64,000 bases of DNA from Candidatus Nanoarchaeia archaeon (GTDB lineage Archaea > Nanobdellota > Nanobdellia > Woesearchaeales > GW2011-AR4). The notes under the pieces are model-generated. The model was not told the origin of the DNA. It worked only from the letters and a program-made list of their open reading frames with translations, and ran no database searches. The DNA lies in NCBI GenBank assembly GCA_035293285.1, contig DATDOM010000093.1, positions 36,495 through 100,494 of the forward strand, given 5' to 3'. Made by a program: the position numbers and the translations under genes. Below, one piece after another: positions 37,908 through 46,974 of the stretch (position 1 is its first letter; every line of letters starts with the position of its first letter).

Positions 37908-39722
37908 TCAAAGCTCTTCATCCAAAATCGGAATCATCATGTTTTCCTTTAATTCTTTCCTGTCCAAAAACGGCCACATGTCTTCAAGAGGGCTTTGGGA
38001 CATCGAGCCGTCTTTTTTCATTATTGTCTTTAGCCTCGGGCTCAAAATCTCATTATTACCCAATACAACCTCGCAAAAAACAGGCCCGTCTGATTCTATT
38101 ACTTCCAGAATTTTGTGGAGCTCCGAATGGTTATTTATCCTTTCGGTTTTTATTTTAAATGATTTTGCAACTGAAACCATGTCAGGAAAAGTCAGGCCGC
38201 TTTCCCTGTCAGAGCCGACGTGAAACCCTCCGAAGTTTGCATCCTGCATTGCCTTTATCGAAAGGTATGAATTGTTGTTGAACAAGAATATTTTTATCGG
38301 CAGGCTGTGATGCACAACAGTCTGAAGCTCCTGGATATTGAACATGAAGCTTCCTTCTCCTGCAATGCATATGGTTCTTTTTTTATCGTTTGCAAAGCAC
38401 GCGCCTATTGCACCGGGCAACCCAAAACCCATTGAAGCAAGACCGCTTGAAGTAAAAAATTTCTGCCCTTTTTTTACCTTAAAAGTCTGGAATGTTGTCG
38501 TAAAACTTGTTCCCATGTCTGTGACAATCACATCATCTTTTGAAAGGCTGTCTGATAACTTATCAATAAAAACATAGGAGCTTACAACTTTTTTTTCCTT
38601 AAGGTAAGCTGGCAGCACAACAGGATATTTCAAAACCCATTTTTTGCAGGTTTGCACCCACTCTTTGTAATTATTTTCATTTTTATCTTTTAGTGAAGAC
38701 AGCTGTAAATTCATCTCTGACAGGAATTCTTTTGCATCAGAATTTATTGCGGTGTCTGCCTTGAATGGCTTGTCATTAAGCTCTGACTTGTCAATATCAA
38801 CAAAAACTTTTTTTGAGCCCCTTCCAAAAGCGCTGAAGTTAAACCCTGTCTGGGGAATTGAAAGCCTGTTTCCGACAGCTATTATCAGGTCTGAATTCTG
38901 GACAGAAAAATTAGCGCCCCTCTGGCCGAACAGGCCAGGCCTTCCTATGTAAAACTCATTTTCATTGTCAACCAAGTCTGCGCCGTTCCATGTTGTTAAT
39001 ACAGGAATCTTCAATCTTGAAATCAATGAATCCATTTCTTTTTCTGCTTTTGCAAGCTTTATTCCATTGCCGACCCACAAGACAGGCCGCTTTGATTTTT
39101 TGAGAAGGCTTATGCACTTTGAAACATTTTCTTTTAGTTTTTCTTTTGAATCAAAAATAGGGGCTTCTTCCTTGGAAGGCCTGAATTCCTTTAACTTGTC
39201 CGGCTCAATGGAACCTGACTGGACGTTTAATGGAATATCGAGCCACACAGGGCCGCTTCTTCCGCTTTTTGCAATGTGCACTGCTTTTTGAAGCTCGTAT
39301 TTTATCTCGCCAGGGTCTTTTACCATCACTGCGTATTTTGTAATTGGCTTTACTATGCTTATTATGTCTATTTCCTGAACTCCCCTCTGCCTTAGATTTG
39401 TCCCAAGTATTGTGTCTTTTAGTGATATCTGGCCTGAAAGATAAATGCAGGGTGTTGAATCAATCCACGCACCGGCAACTCCAGTTACTGCATTAGTTCC
39501 GCCAGGGCCTGTTGTAACCATTCCAACTCCAAATCCATTGACCCTTGCATATGACTCAACTGCCATTGAAAGGGCCTGCTCGTGGTGCGTTGAAACAGGC
39601 CTTACAGACTTGCTTTTACCAAGGGCATCGTTCATATACATTGAGCCCCCTCCGGGAATCGAGAATATGTGCTTTACCCCAAGGGACGAGACAAAATCAA
39701 TGATGTAATCTGCCACTCTCAT
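37908..39722 (-). CDS. AHAS-like thiamine-diphosphate-dependent enzyme (YerE-like candidate)
   Basis: Three-domain ThDP enzyme: SIPGGGSMYMNDAL...TGPGGTNAVTG (Pyr domain), central domain, ...CIAGEGSFMFNIQEL (PP domain GDGx motif variant); 604 aa. Confidence 0.75.
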   Translation of the reverse strand: MRVADYIIDFVSSLGVKHIFSIPGGGSMYMNDALGKSKSVRPVSTHHEQALSMAVESYARVNGFGVGMVTTGPGGTNAVTGVAGAWIDSTPCIYLSGQISLKDTILGTNLRQRGVQEIDIISIVKPITKYAVMVKDPGEIKYELQKAVHIAKSGRSGPVWLDIPLNVQSGSIEPDKLKEFRPSKEEAPIFDSKEKLKENVSKCISLLKKSKRPVLWVGNGIKLAKAEKEMDSLISRLKIPVLTTWNGADLVDNENEFYIGRPGLFGQRGANFSVQNSDLIIAVGNRLSIPQTGFNFSAFGRGSKKVFVDIDKSELNDKPFKADTAINSDAKEFLSEMNLQLSSLKDKNENNYKEWVQTCKKWVLKYPVVLPAYLKEKKVVSSYVFIDKLSDSLSKDDVIVTDMGTSFTTTFQTFKVKKGQKFFTSSGLASMGFGLPGAIGACFANDKKRTICIAGEGSFMFNIQELQTVVHHSLPIKIFLFNNNSYLSIKAMQDANFGGFHVGSDRESGLTFPDMVSVAKSFKIKTERINNHSELHKILEVIESDGPVFCEVVLGNNEILSPRLKTIMKKDGSMSQSPLEDMWPFLDRKELKENMMIPILDEEL

Positions 39723-39751
39723 ATTATCACAGGACCAATATTTGAAAAAAA

Positions 39752-42304
39752 TTAATTTTCATCCGAGCTCTTGTTAATCATATTTTCTTTAAATTCCTTT
39801 CTATTGAGGAAAGGGTACATGTCCTCAAGCGGCTTTGCTATCCAGTTCCCGTCCTGCTTTACTTCAAGGATTATCCTCGGAATTATTTCCTGCTCCGGGT
39901 CAATATTCAGCTCGCAGACTGCCGGCCCTTTTATTTTCAGAAAATCAGCGAGAGATTTTTCAAGGTTTTTGCTTTCAGAAACACTGCAATATTCAATCCC
40001 GTAAGCTTTGCAAATGCCGCTTATGTAGCCTGAGCTTAGCTTATTTGTCCTAAACGAAGCAGTGTAACGCTGGCCAAAGTATTCTTTTTGGATTTTCCTG
40101 AGATATGAGTGGCCGCCGCTGTTCAAGACAAATATCTTGATTGGCATTTTTGCATAAGAAATTGTTTCAAGCTCCTGGGCCTGCCTCAAAAACCCGTGGT
40201 CCTCGCAAATACACACGATTCCTGAATTTGGCGAAGACGCAACTGCACCTATTGCCGCCGGGAGGGAAAAGCTTGGATTGTCAAGGCCTGTTGAGGCAAT
40301 TACTCTCTGGCCGCTTTTGAACTTGAACATCTGGATAAAATAAATCAATGGAGAGCCGCCGTCTACTGCAATCACGGAATTTTCTTTTAGCTCAGAAGAC
40401 AGCGATTTTATGAAAAAATAAGGATTCACAAAGCCTTTCTTTTTGTCAATTGGAGATTCAGAGTATTTTGACTTGTAGTAATCACATTTTTTAATCCAGC
40501 CCGAAAATTGCGTGTTTACTTTTTTTGTTGACTTTACGAGTTCGCATATGAATTCCTTTGCGTCAGCATTTATTGCAATTGCGGGCTTTATTGTCTTTTT
40601 TCTGAGCTCATTACTGTCAATGTCTACAACAATTTTTTTTGCGTGCATTGCAAAGGCTCCAAAATTCCTCCCAAGATGAAGAATTGAAAGCCTGGCGCCA
40701 ATGCTTATGACAAGGTCTGCATTTTGAATAATGAAATTTGCGCTTCTCTGCCCGTAAGCGCCGGCCCTCCCATAATTAAAAGGATTTTTTTCAGTGAGGA
40801 GGTCAGAGCCTTTTCTTGTGGTGAGAACGGGAATTTTGAGGGCCTTAATCAATTCAACAAAATCATCTTTTGCTCCCGAAATCCTTGTGCCGCTTCCTGC
40901 AAAAATCACCGGCCTTTTTGAGGAATTGAGGAGAGAAATAACTTCTTTTATCTGCGACTGCATTATCCTGAGATTTTTGGATTCACTTTCATTAAACGAG
41001 TCCATTTTTTTCTCATCAATGTTGCTTCCAAGAACATCAATCGGAATATCAAGCCACACAGGGCCTTTTCTTTTGTTGTTTGCAATGTAAAGGGCTTTTT
41101 CAAGATGATATTTTATTTTATGAGGGTCATTTATTCTTACGCAATATTTTGTAATCGGCTTTACTATGCTTATTATGTCTATTTCCTGAACTCCAAGCTG
41201 CCTTAAGCCATCATTAGCAATCTGGTCTGACTGGCACTGGCCCGATATTGCCAAAACAGGAGTGGAGTCCACCCATGAATCTGCTATTCCGATAAGGGAA
41301 TTTGCACACGCTGCGCCTGATGAAACAATTGCAACCCCGACATTTCCTGTAAGCTTTGCAAATGATTCTGCTGCCATAATTGCCGCCTGCTCTGTCTGGG
41401 TTGATATGTACTTCATTTCAGTATTCTTCCCTATGGAATCTATGAGGTGCATGTTTGTGTTGCCGGGAACCAAAAAAATATTTTTTAGCGAGTTTTTCTC
41501 AAGAAAAGAAGCTATGAAATCAGACACCTTCACCATTGAATCATTTTTCTTTACAAGTATTGCCTCAACTTGTCCCTCAATGAAATGCGGCCTGAGACTT
41601 ATTATTTTTTTTGCATCAAGGGTGTCTCCAAAATCAATTATGCCTTTTCTTGATTTGTCCATTACTTTTCCTTTAAGCAGGATTATGACATCCTCAGGAT
41701 TTTTTTCAAGGGAACTGACAAAATCATCACAGCCCGAAAATTTCTGCAAAGATATGCTGCACTTTTCGAACTTTTTTTTGACATTGTAGTAAATGCTTGA
41801 GTTAATCATGCTTATATAATTGTAGTTCTTTAAGTCAAATGAAATGCTTTCTATTGTCTCATAGCCAAGGCCTGCCCTGCCGTAATTGTCCTCTATCCTG
41901 ACAAGGTCCCTTTTGTTCGTGGAATTTTCAACTTCCATGATGAAAATGCCACCATCAGAATCTGACTTTGTTGAATGGAAAACTGCCTTTGGAATCAAAA
42001 GGCCGTCGCCCGGAGACATTTTTGTTTTTTCAGAAAGAGTTGAGCAGACTGCATTTCCATAAAGCACAATGAGTGAAGTCTTTTTGCTTGGGTGGCAGTG
42101 CATTGAGGTTGTGTGGCCTTTTTTTATGTAAAGAATCCAGACAGCAACCCTGTCGTTTTGGTAAATGAGATATTCATAGCCCCAGGGCTTTTTCACAATT
42201 GCCTTTGAATAATCAAAAAAATCATCCCTGATTTTTGAGGAATCTATATTAATCCTGCCAAGCCTGTCCTTGTCAACACCTTTAAATGCAAGAGACTTAA
42301 TCAT
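39752..42304 (-). CDS. Fusion of N-terminal cupin domain with AHAS-like ThDP-dependent enzyme (paralog of the upstream gene)
   Basis: First ~150 aa KPWGYEYLIYQND...MHCHP...GDGLLIP is a cupin_2 pattern. The rest is a full three-domain ThDP enzyme sharing the exact segment GVQEIDIISIVKPITKY with the 604-aa neighbour. Confidence 0.7.
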   Translation of the reverse strand: MIKSLAFKGVDKDRLGRINIDSSKIRDDFFDYSKAIVKKPWGYEYLIYQNDRVAVWILYIKKGHTTSMHCHPSKKTSLIVLYGNAVCSTLSEKTKMSPGDGLLIPKAVFHSTKSDSDGGIFIMEVENSTNKRDLVRIEDNYGRAGLGYETIESISFDLKNYNYISMINSSIYYNVKKKFEKCSISLQKFSGCDDFVSSLEKNPEDVIILLKGKVMDKSRKGIIDFGDTLDAKKIISLRPHFIEGQVEAILVKKNDSMVKVSDFIASFLEKNSLKNIFLVPGNTNMHLIDSIGKNTEMKYISTQTEQAAIMAAESFAKLTGNVGVAIVSSGAACANSLIGIADSWVDSTPVLAISGQCQSDQIANDGLRQLGVQEIDIISIVKPITKYCVRINDPHKIKYHLEKALYIANNKRKGPVWLDIPIDVLGSNIDEKKMDSFNESESKNLRIMQSQIKEVISLLNSSKRPVIFAGSGTRISGAKDDFVELIKALKIPVLTTRKGSDLLTEKNPFNYGRAGAYGQRSANFIIQNADLVISIGARLSILHLGRNFGAFAMHAKKIVVDIDSNELRKKTIKPAIAINADAKEFICELVKSTKKVNTQFSGWIKKCDYYKSKYSESPIDKKKGFVNPYFFIKSLSSELKENSVIAVDGGSPLIYFIQMFKFKSGQRVIASTGLDNPSFSLPAAIGAVASSPNSGIVCICEDHGFLRQAQELETISYAKMPIKIFVLNSGGHSYLRKIQKEYFGQRYTASFRTNKLSSGYISGICKAYGIEYCSVSESKNLEKSLADFLKIKGPAVCELNIDPEQEIIPRIILEVKQDGNWIAKPLEDMYPFLNRKEFKENMINKSSDEN

Positions 42305-42356
42305 TTTGTATTTTCAAACAAAAAACTTTAAATATTTATGGGTGAAATTTTTAAAG

Positions 42357-43313
42357 ATGGGAAAAACTAGAATTCTTATAAGCGGCGCAACAGGATTTGT
42401 CGGCTCAAACCTTGCAAGAAGGCTGTGTAAAACAAGCGAAGTCCACATAATATCAAGAAAAGGCTCAAACCATTGGAGGCTTAAGGACATCGCATCAGAT
42501 TTAACAATACACGAGGCAAGCCTAACTGACGAAAATGCGCTAAATGAAATTGCAAAAAGCGCAAAGCCTGACATAGTCTACCACCTTGCAACAACAGGCT
42601 TATACGGCGGAAAGCACCCTGATGACAGAGAGGTCATAAACACAAGCTTTCTTGGCTCAGTCAAACTGATAAATGCGTGCTCAAAAGCAGGATTCAAATG
42701 CTTTGTAAACACAGGCAGCTCATCTGAATACGGCATCAAGGAAAGCCCAATGAAGGAGACAGACTCCTGCAGCCCAATCAACACTTACGGAGTTGCAAAG
42801 CTTGCGTCAACACTTTATGCATCAAACTTTGTAAAAAAAAATGACCTGCCGATAGTTAACGTGCGGCTTTTCTCGCCTTTCGGGCCTTACGACCACCCTT
42901 TAAGGCTGATATCATATGCATCGCTTAATGCTGCAAAGGGAAAAGACCTGGAGCTTTCCGACCCAAACTCAGTTCGGGACTATATTCACGTTGACGACGT
43001 TGTTGACTTTTATACAAGGCTTGCAAGGCTTGGTGAGGAGCTTAAAGGAGAAACATTAAATCTTGGTTCCGGGCAGGAGATGAAAATTTCCTATGTAGTC
43101 AAAAAAATAATTGAGTTTTCGGATTCAAAAAGCAAAGTGCTTTGGCAAAAGGCACTAAAGCGCGATTTTGACACGGAGCACTGGCAGTCTGACATGACAA
43201 AATCAAAAAAACTTGTCAAAGGATTCAAGATAACTCCTTTTGATGATTCTCTTAAGAAAGCAGTTGAATGGTTTAAGGAAAATCACGGGCTTTATGATAA
43301 TTTGAATATTTAA
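42357..43313 (+). CDS. NAD-dependent epimerase/dehydratase (extended SDR; CDP-sugar reductase/epimerase candidate)
   Basis: ISGATGFVGSNLARRL Rossmann start and YxxxK. ORF-track start 42270 overlaps the upstream gene, so ATG 42357 (MGKTRILISGATG) is preferred. Confidence 0.7.
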   Translation: MGKTRILISGATGFVGSNLARRLCKTSEVHIISRKGSNHWRLKDIASDLTIHEASLTDENALNEIAKSAKPDIVYHLATTGLYGGKHPDDREVINTSFLGSVKLINACSKAGFKCFVNTGSSSEYGIKESPMKETDSCSPINTYGVAKLASTLYASNFVKKNDLPIVNVRLFSPFGPYDHPLRLISYASLNAAKGKDLELSDPNSVRDYIHVDDVVDFYTRLARLGEELKGETLNLGSGQEMKISYVVKKIIEFSDSKSKVLWQKALKRDFDTEHWQSDMTKSKKLVKGFKITPFDDSLKKAVEWFKENHGLYDNLNI

Positions 43314-43386
43314 TTCGTTAATAATTATTCTAACTAAATTAAATTAATCATTTTAAACTTTATTTGGCTTCGGTAAAAATCTATTT

Positions 43387-43507
43387 AGGGCTGCCATCGA
43401 ACTCGGCTACGCATATCAAATCGTGGGATGACATTCCCCGTAAGGGACGTCCCCCTTGTCATCTTTTCGTCCGTATAATCAGAGCCTCGTAAATTGATGG
43501 CAGCCCT
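43387..43507 (+). repeat. ~120-nt conserved structured element, family G, copy C
   Basis: Terminal stem agggctgccatc / gatggcagccct, core ...CTCGGCT..ATCAAATCGTGGGATGACATTCCCCGTAAGGGACGTCCCCCTTGTCATC...TCCGT..AAT...GCCTCGTAAA. Ends 77 nt before ddhA. Confidence 0.65.
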
Positions 43508-43583
43508 ATAGTATACTGATGGTTTTTTGTTGCCTGTGTGGCAATCTCTTTGAAAAGATTTAAAAACGAAGTGGACAAACTGA

Positions 43584-44366
43584 TTGTCAATGCAGGCAGT
43601 AATATTGTGCGGGGGCAGGGGAACCAGGCTTAGGGAGGAAACTGAGTTCAGGCCAAAGCCATTGGTCGAGATAGGGGGAATGCCAATACTATGGCATATA
43701 ATGAAAATATACTCTCATTATGGGGTCAAGGACTTTATTCTCTGCCTTGGCTACAAGGGCCACATGATAAAAGAATTCTTCATGGACCTCGAAATTTATG
43801 GAAAAGACATAACCTACAATCCAAAGACAAAAAAAATAATACATCACAACGGCAGCGACGGCGAGGACTGGAACATCACTTTTGCAGAAACGGGCCTTGA
43901 CACTTATACCGGGGCAAGAATCAAAAGAATTGAAAAATACATCACAGGGGATGACTTCTTCCTTACTTATGGCGACGGGGTTGCAGACATAAACATAAAA
44001 GAGCTTTATGAATTCCACAAAAAGCACGGAAAGATTGCAACTGTAACTGCAGTCCAGCCCTTTGCAAGGTTTGGAGTTTTAAACATTGACAATGAGCTCA
44101 TATCAGATTTTACAAAAAAACATGTCGTGCACACAAACAGGATTGACGGCGGATTTTTTGTCTTTACCAAAAAAGTCTTTGATTACCTAAGCAATGACAG
44201 AAAATGCGCGCTTGAAGACCAGCCACTCAAAAACCTTGTCAAGGACAACCAGTTCGTGGCATTCAGGCACGACGGGTTTTGGCAGTGCATGGACATACAG
44301 CAGCATGCAGAAGGCTTAAATGAACTCTGGAATTCAGGCGAGGCTCCCTGGAAAATCTGGCAATGA
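43584..44366 (+). CDS. ddhA: Glucose-1-phosphate cytidylyltransferase
   Basis: MQAVILCGGRGTRLREETEFRPKPLVEIGGMPILWHIM... is the canonical RfbF/DdhA N-terminus; 260 aa. Confidence 0.85.
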   Translation: MSMQAVILCGGRGTRLREETEFRPKPLVEIGGMPILWHIMKIYSHYGVKDFILCLGYKGHMIKEFFMDLEIYGKDITYNPKTKKIIHHNGSDGEDWNITFAETGLDTYTGARIKRIEKYITGDDFFLTYGDGVADINIKELYEFHKKHGKIATVTAVQPFARFGVLNIDNELISDFTKKHVVHTNRIDGGFFVFTKKVFDYLSNDRKCALEDQPLKNLVKDNQFVAFRHDGFWQCMDIQQHAEGLNELWNSGEAPWKIWQ

Positions 44367-45355
44367 ATCAAAAAACAAATTCTGATTACTGGAGGGGAAA
44401 AAATGCCCTTGTTACAGGCGCTACAGGAATACTTGGAAGCTGGCTTGTAAAAACGCTTGTTGAAAAAAAGTCAAATGTTGTAATAATCAAAAGAGACCAT
44501 TTTCCGAATTCAGAGCTTGAGCTTTCAGGCGCATTAAAAAAAGTAAGCATAGTTCACGGGAGCCTTGAAGATTATTGGACTATTGAGCGGGCGCTTAATG
44601 AATATGAAATTGACACTTGCTTTCATTTAGGCGCACAGGCGCTTGTGCAGACGGCGAACAGGAGCCCGCTTTCCACTTTTGAGGCAAACCTGAAAGGCAC
44701 GTGGAATGTTCTTGAAGCGTGCAGGCACCTTAAGCTTGTAAAGCGAATTGTTGTTGCATCAAGCGACAAGGCTTATGGCGAGCACGAAAAGCTGCCTTAT
44801 GATGAAGACTCAAAATTAAACGGATTGAACCCTTATGACGCGTCAAAAAGCTGCTGCGACATAATTGCGCAGTCTTACGCACACTCATTTAAAATGCCGA
44901 TTGGAATTGCAAGATGCGGAAATATTTATGGCGGAGGAGACCTGAATTTTAGCAGGATAATTCCAGGAACAATAAAATCCCTTCTTGAAAAACAGGCGCC
45001 TGTAATAAGAAGCGACGGCACATTAGTAAGGGATTATTTTTATGTCGAGGACGCAGTTGATGCATTTTTGATGCTTGCAAAAAGCCAAGATGATGAAGAA
45101 ATGCATGGACACGTATTTAACTTCAGCCCGGAGAGCCCAATTTCAGTAATTGATCTGGTCCGAAAAATATCCAAAATTGCAAATTCAAATCTTAAGCCAA
45201 AAATCCTTTCAGAGGCTTTTAACGAAATCCAGAAACAATACCTTGACTGCTCAAAAGCAAGAAAACTGCTCAACTGGCAGGCAAACACCAAACTTGACGA
45301 CGGCCTTAAAAAAACATTTGAGTGGTACCAAAAATTCTTTGACAGCGCTGGCTGA
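44363..45355 (+). CDS. ddhB: CDP-glucose 4,6-dehydratase
   Basis: ALVTGATGILGSWL, YDASK, extended SDR of RfbG type. ATGA overlap with ddhA. Confidence 0.8.
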   Translation: MNQKTNSDYWRGKNALVTGATGILGSWLVKTLVEKKSNVVIIKRDHFPNSELELSGALKKVSIVHGSLEDYWTIERALNEYEIDTCFHLGAQALVQTANRSPLSTFEANLKGTWNVLEACRHLKLVKRIVVASSDKAYGEHEKLPYDEDSKLNGLNPYDASKSCCDIIAQSYAHSFKMPIGIARCGNIYGGGDLNFSRIIPGTIKSLLEKQAPVIRSDGTLVRDYFYVEDAVDAFLMLAKSQDDEEMHGHVFNFSPESPISVIDLVRKISKIANSNLKPKILSEAFNEIQKQYLDCSKARKLLNWQANTKLDDGLKKTFEWYQKFFDSAG

Positions 45356-45428
45356 TTATCCTGACTGATTGAAGCCTTAACTTTGCAATGTTCACTTTTA
45401 TTGGCATCAAAAAGCTCTCATTTCATTC

Positions 45429-45579
45429 GGGCTGCCATCAGCTCGCACTCTTTTATTGTTCTTTTAAGGGAAAAATTCCGGGACTTGCAAGAGCTCGCCT
45501 CTTGCTCGCTCACGTCCCTGCAATTTCCTTTTTCCATAAACCATTTCATTAAAAGTGCTCGCAAAGTTAGATGGCAGCC
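45429..45579 (+). repeat. Family G-related structured element, copy E (same terminal stem as copy C, divergent core with four GCTCGC units)
   Basis: Terminal stem gggctgccatc / gatggcagcc. 5' AGCTCGCAC and 3' GTGCTCGCAAAG flanks match the family. The interior carries gagctcgcc/tgctcgctc repeats instead of the TGACATT...TGTCA core. Confidence 0.5.
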
Positions 45580-45643
45580 TTCAGCTTTTCAATGCCCCCT
45601 TTTATCACAAGATTTATAATAATTATTTGATAATCCGATAAAA

Positions 45644-46960
45644 ATGGAAGGGGACGAGGAATTGATAAGGCAGCAGATAAAAATTCTTGTTGAAAAATTG
45701 TACGAGTTGAAATTCAGGGACAGGAGTTTTAATGCGGGCACTGACAAGCTTAACTATGCCGGGCGCGTTTTTGATGAAAAAGAAATGACAAGCGCAGTCG
45801 ATTCGCTTCTTGATTTTACGCTTACCCACGGAAACAACTGCGTCAAGTTTGAGCGGGAATTCGCTAAATCACTCAATTCAAAGTTTTCTGTCCTTACAAA
45901 TTCAGGCTCTTCTGCAAACCTCATTGCAGTCACATCGATGAAGTCAAAGAAGCTAAAACACAGGCTCAAATCCGGCGACAGGGTAGTCACGCCAGCAGTA
46001 ACATTCCCCACAACTCTTGCGCCAATAATTCAAAACGGCCTAAAGCCGGTCTTTGTGGACGCAGAAATAGGGACTTACAATGCAGATGAAGAATCACTAA
46101 AGGGAGCTGTGAACAGCGGCATCAGCGCAATTATAATTCCGCACACTCTTGGAAATCCGAACAACATGGACCTTTTGATGGATTTAAAGAAAGATTACAA
46201 CCTTTTGCTTTTGGAAGACACGTGCGACGCAATCGGCGGCACTTTTGGCTCAAAAAATCTTGGAACTTTCGGCGAGCTTGGAACTGTGAGCTTTTATCCT
46301 GCGCATCACATGACAATGGGCGAAGGCGGCGCGATAATGACTCAGGATGCAGTAACGCTAAAAATCCTTAAATCAATAAGGGAGTGGGGAAGGGACTGCT
46401 GGTGCCTGCCAGGAATGTCAAACACCTGCGGTAAAAGATTCGGATGGGAGCTTGGAGACCTGCCAGAGGGATATGACCACAAATATATCTATTCTGAGAT
46501 AGGATACAACTTAAAAGTCCTTGACTTACAGGGAGCAATCGGGCTTGAGCAGCTAAAAAAACTTCCTATGTTTATTGAAAAAAGACGGGAAAATTTTACA
46601 GCACTTTTTAATCACTTAAAAAAATATGAAGATAAAATAACACTTCCAAAATGGCACAAAAAAGCAAATCCTTCGTGGTTTGCATTTCCAATAACATTAA
46701 AGGATGGATGCGGATTTTCAAGAAAAGAAATAACTTCATTTCTTGAAGAGAAAAAAATAGAGACCCGGATGGTTTTTGCAGGTAACATATTAAAACAGCC
46801 TGCATACATTGACATAGAAAGGGAAATCCACGGAACACTCAAAAACACAGACAAGATAATGAACGACACTTTTTTTGTCGGAGTCTATCCAGGCATAGAT
46901 TCACAAAGAATGGAATTTTTGCTTAAGTCATTTGATGATTTTTTCTCGGGATTAAGCTGA
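45644..46960 (+). CDS. ddhC: CDP-4-keto-6-deoxy-D-glucose 3-dehydrase (E1; PMP-dependent, [2Fe-2S])
   Basis: DegT/DnrJ/EryC1-family fold of RfbH size (438 aa). PAHHMTMGEGG has His at the usual Schiff-base Lys position, and the CWC-x7-C iron-sulfur motif (DCWCLPGMSNTC) is diagnostic of E1. Confidence 0.8.
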   Translation: MEGDEELIRQQIKILVEKLYELKFRDRSFNAGTDKLNYAGRVFDEKEMTSAVDSLLDFTLTHGNNCVKFEREFAKSLNSKFSVLTNSGSSANLIAVTSMKSKKLKHRLKSGDRVVTPAVTFPTTLAPIIQNGLKPVFVDAEIGTYNADEESLKGAVNSGISAIIIPHTLGNPNNMDLLMDLKKDYNLLLLEDTCDAIGGTFGSKNLGTFGELGTVSFYPAHHMTMGEGGAIMTQDAVTLKILKSIREWGRDCWCLPGMSNTCGKRFGWELGDLPEGYDHKYIYSEIGYNLKVLDLQGAIGLEQLKKLPMFIEKRRENFTALFNHLKKYEDKITLPKWHKKANPSWFAFPITLKDGCGFSRKEITSFLEEKKIETRMVFAGNILKQPAYIDIEREIHGTLKNTDKIMNDTFFVGVYPGIDSQRMEFLLKSFDDFFSGLS

Positions 46961-46974
46961 GCTTTATAATTACA

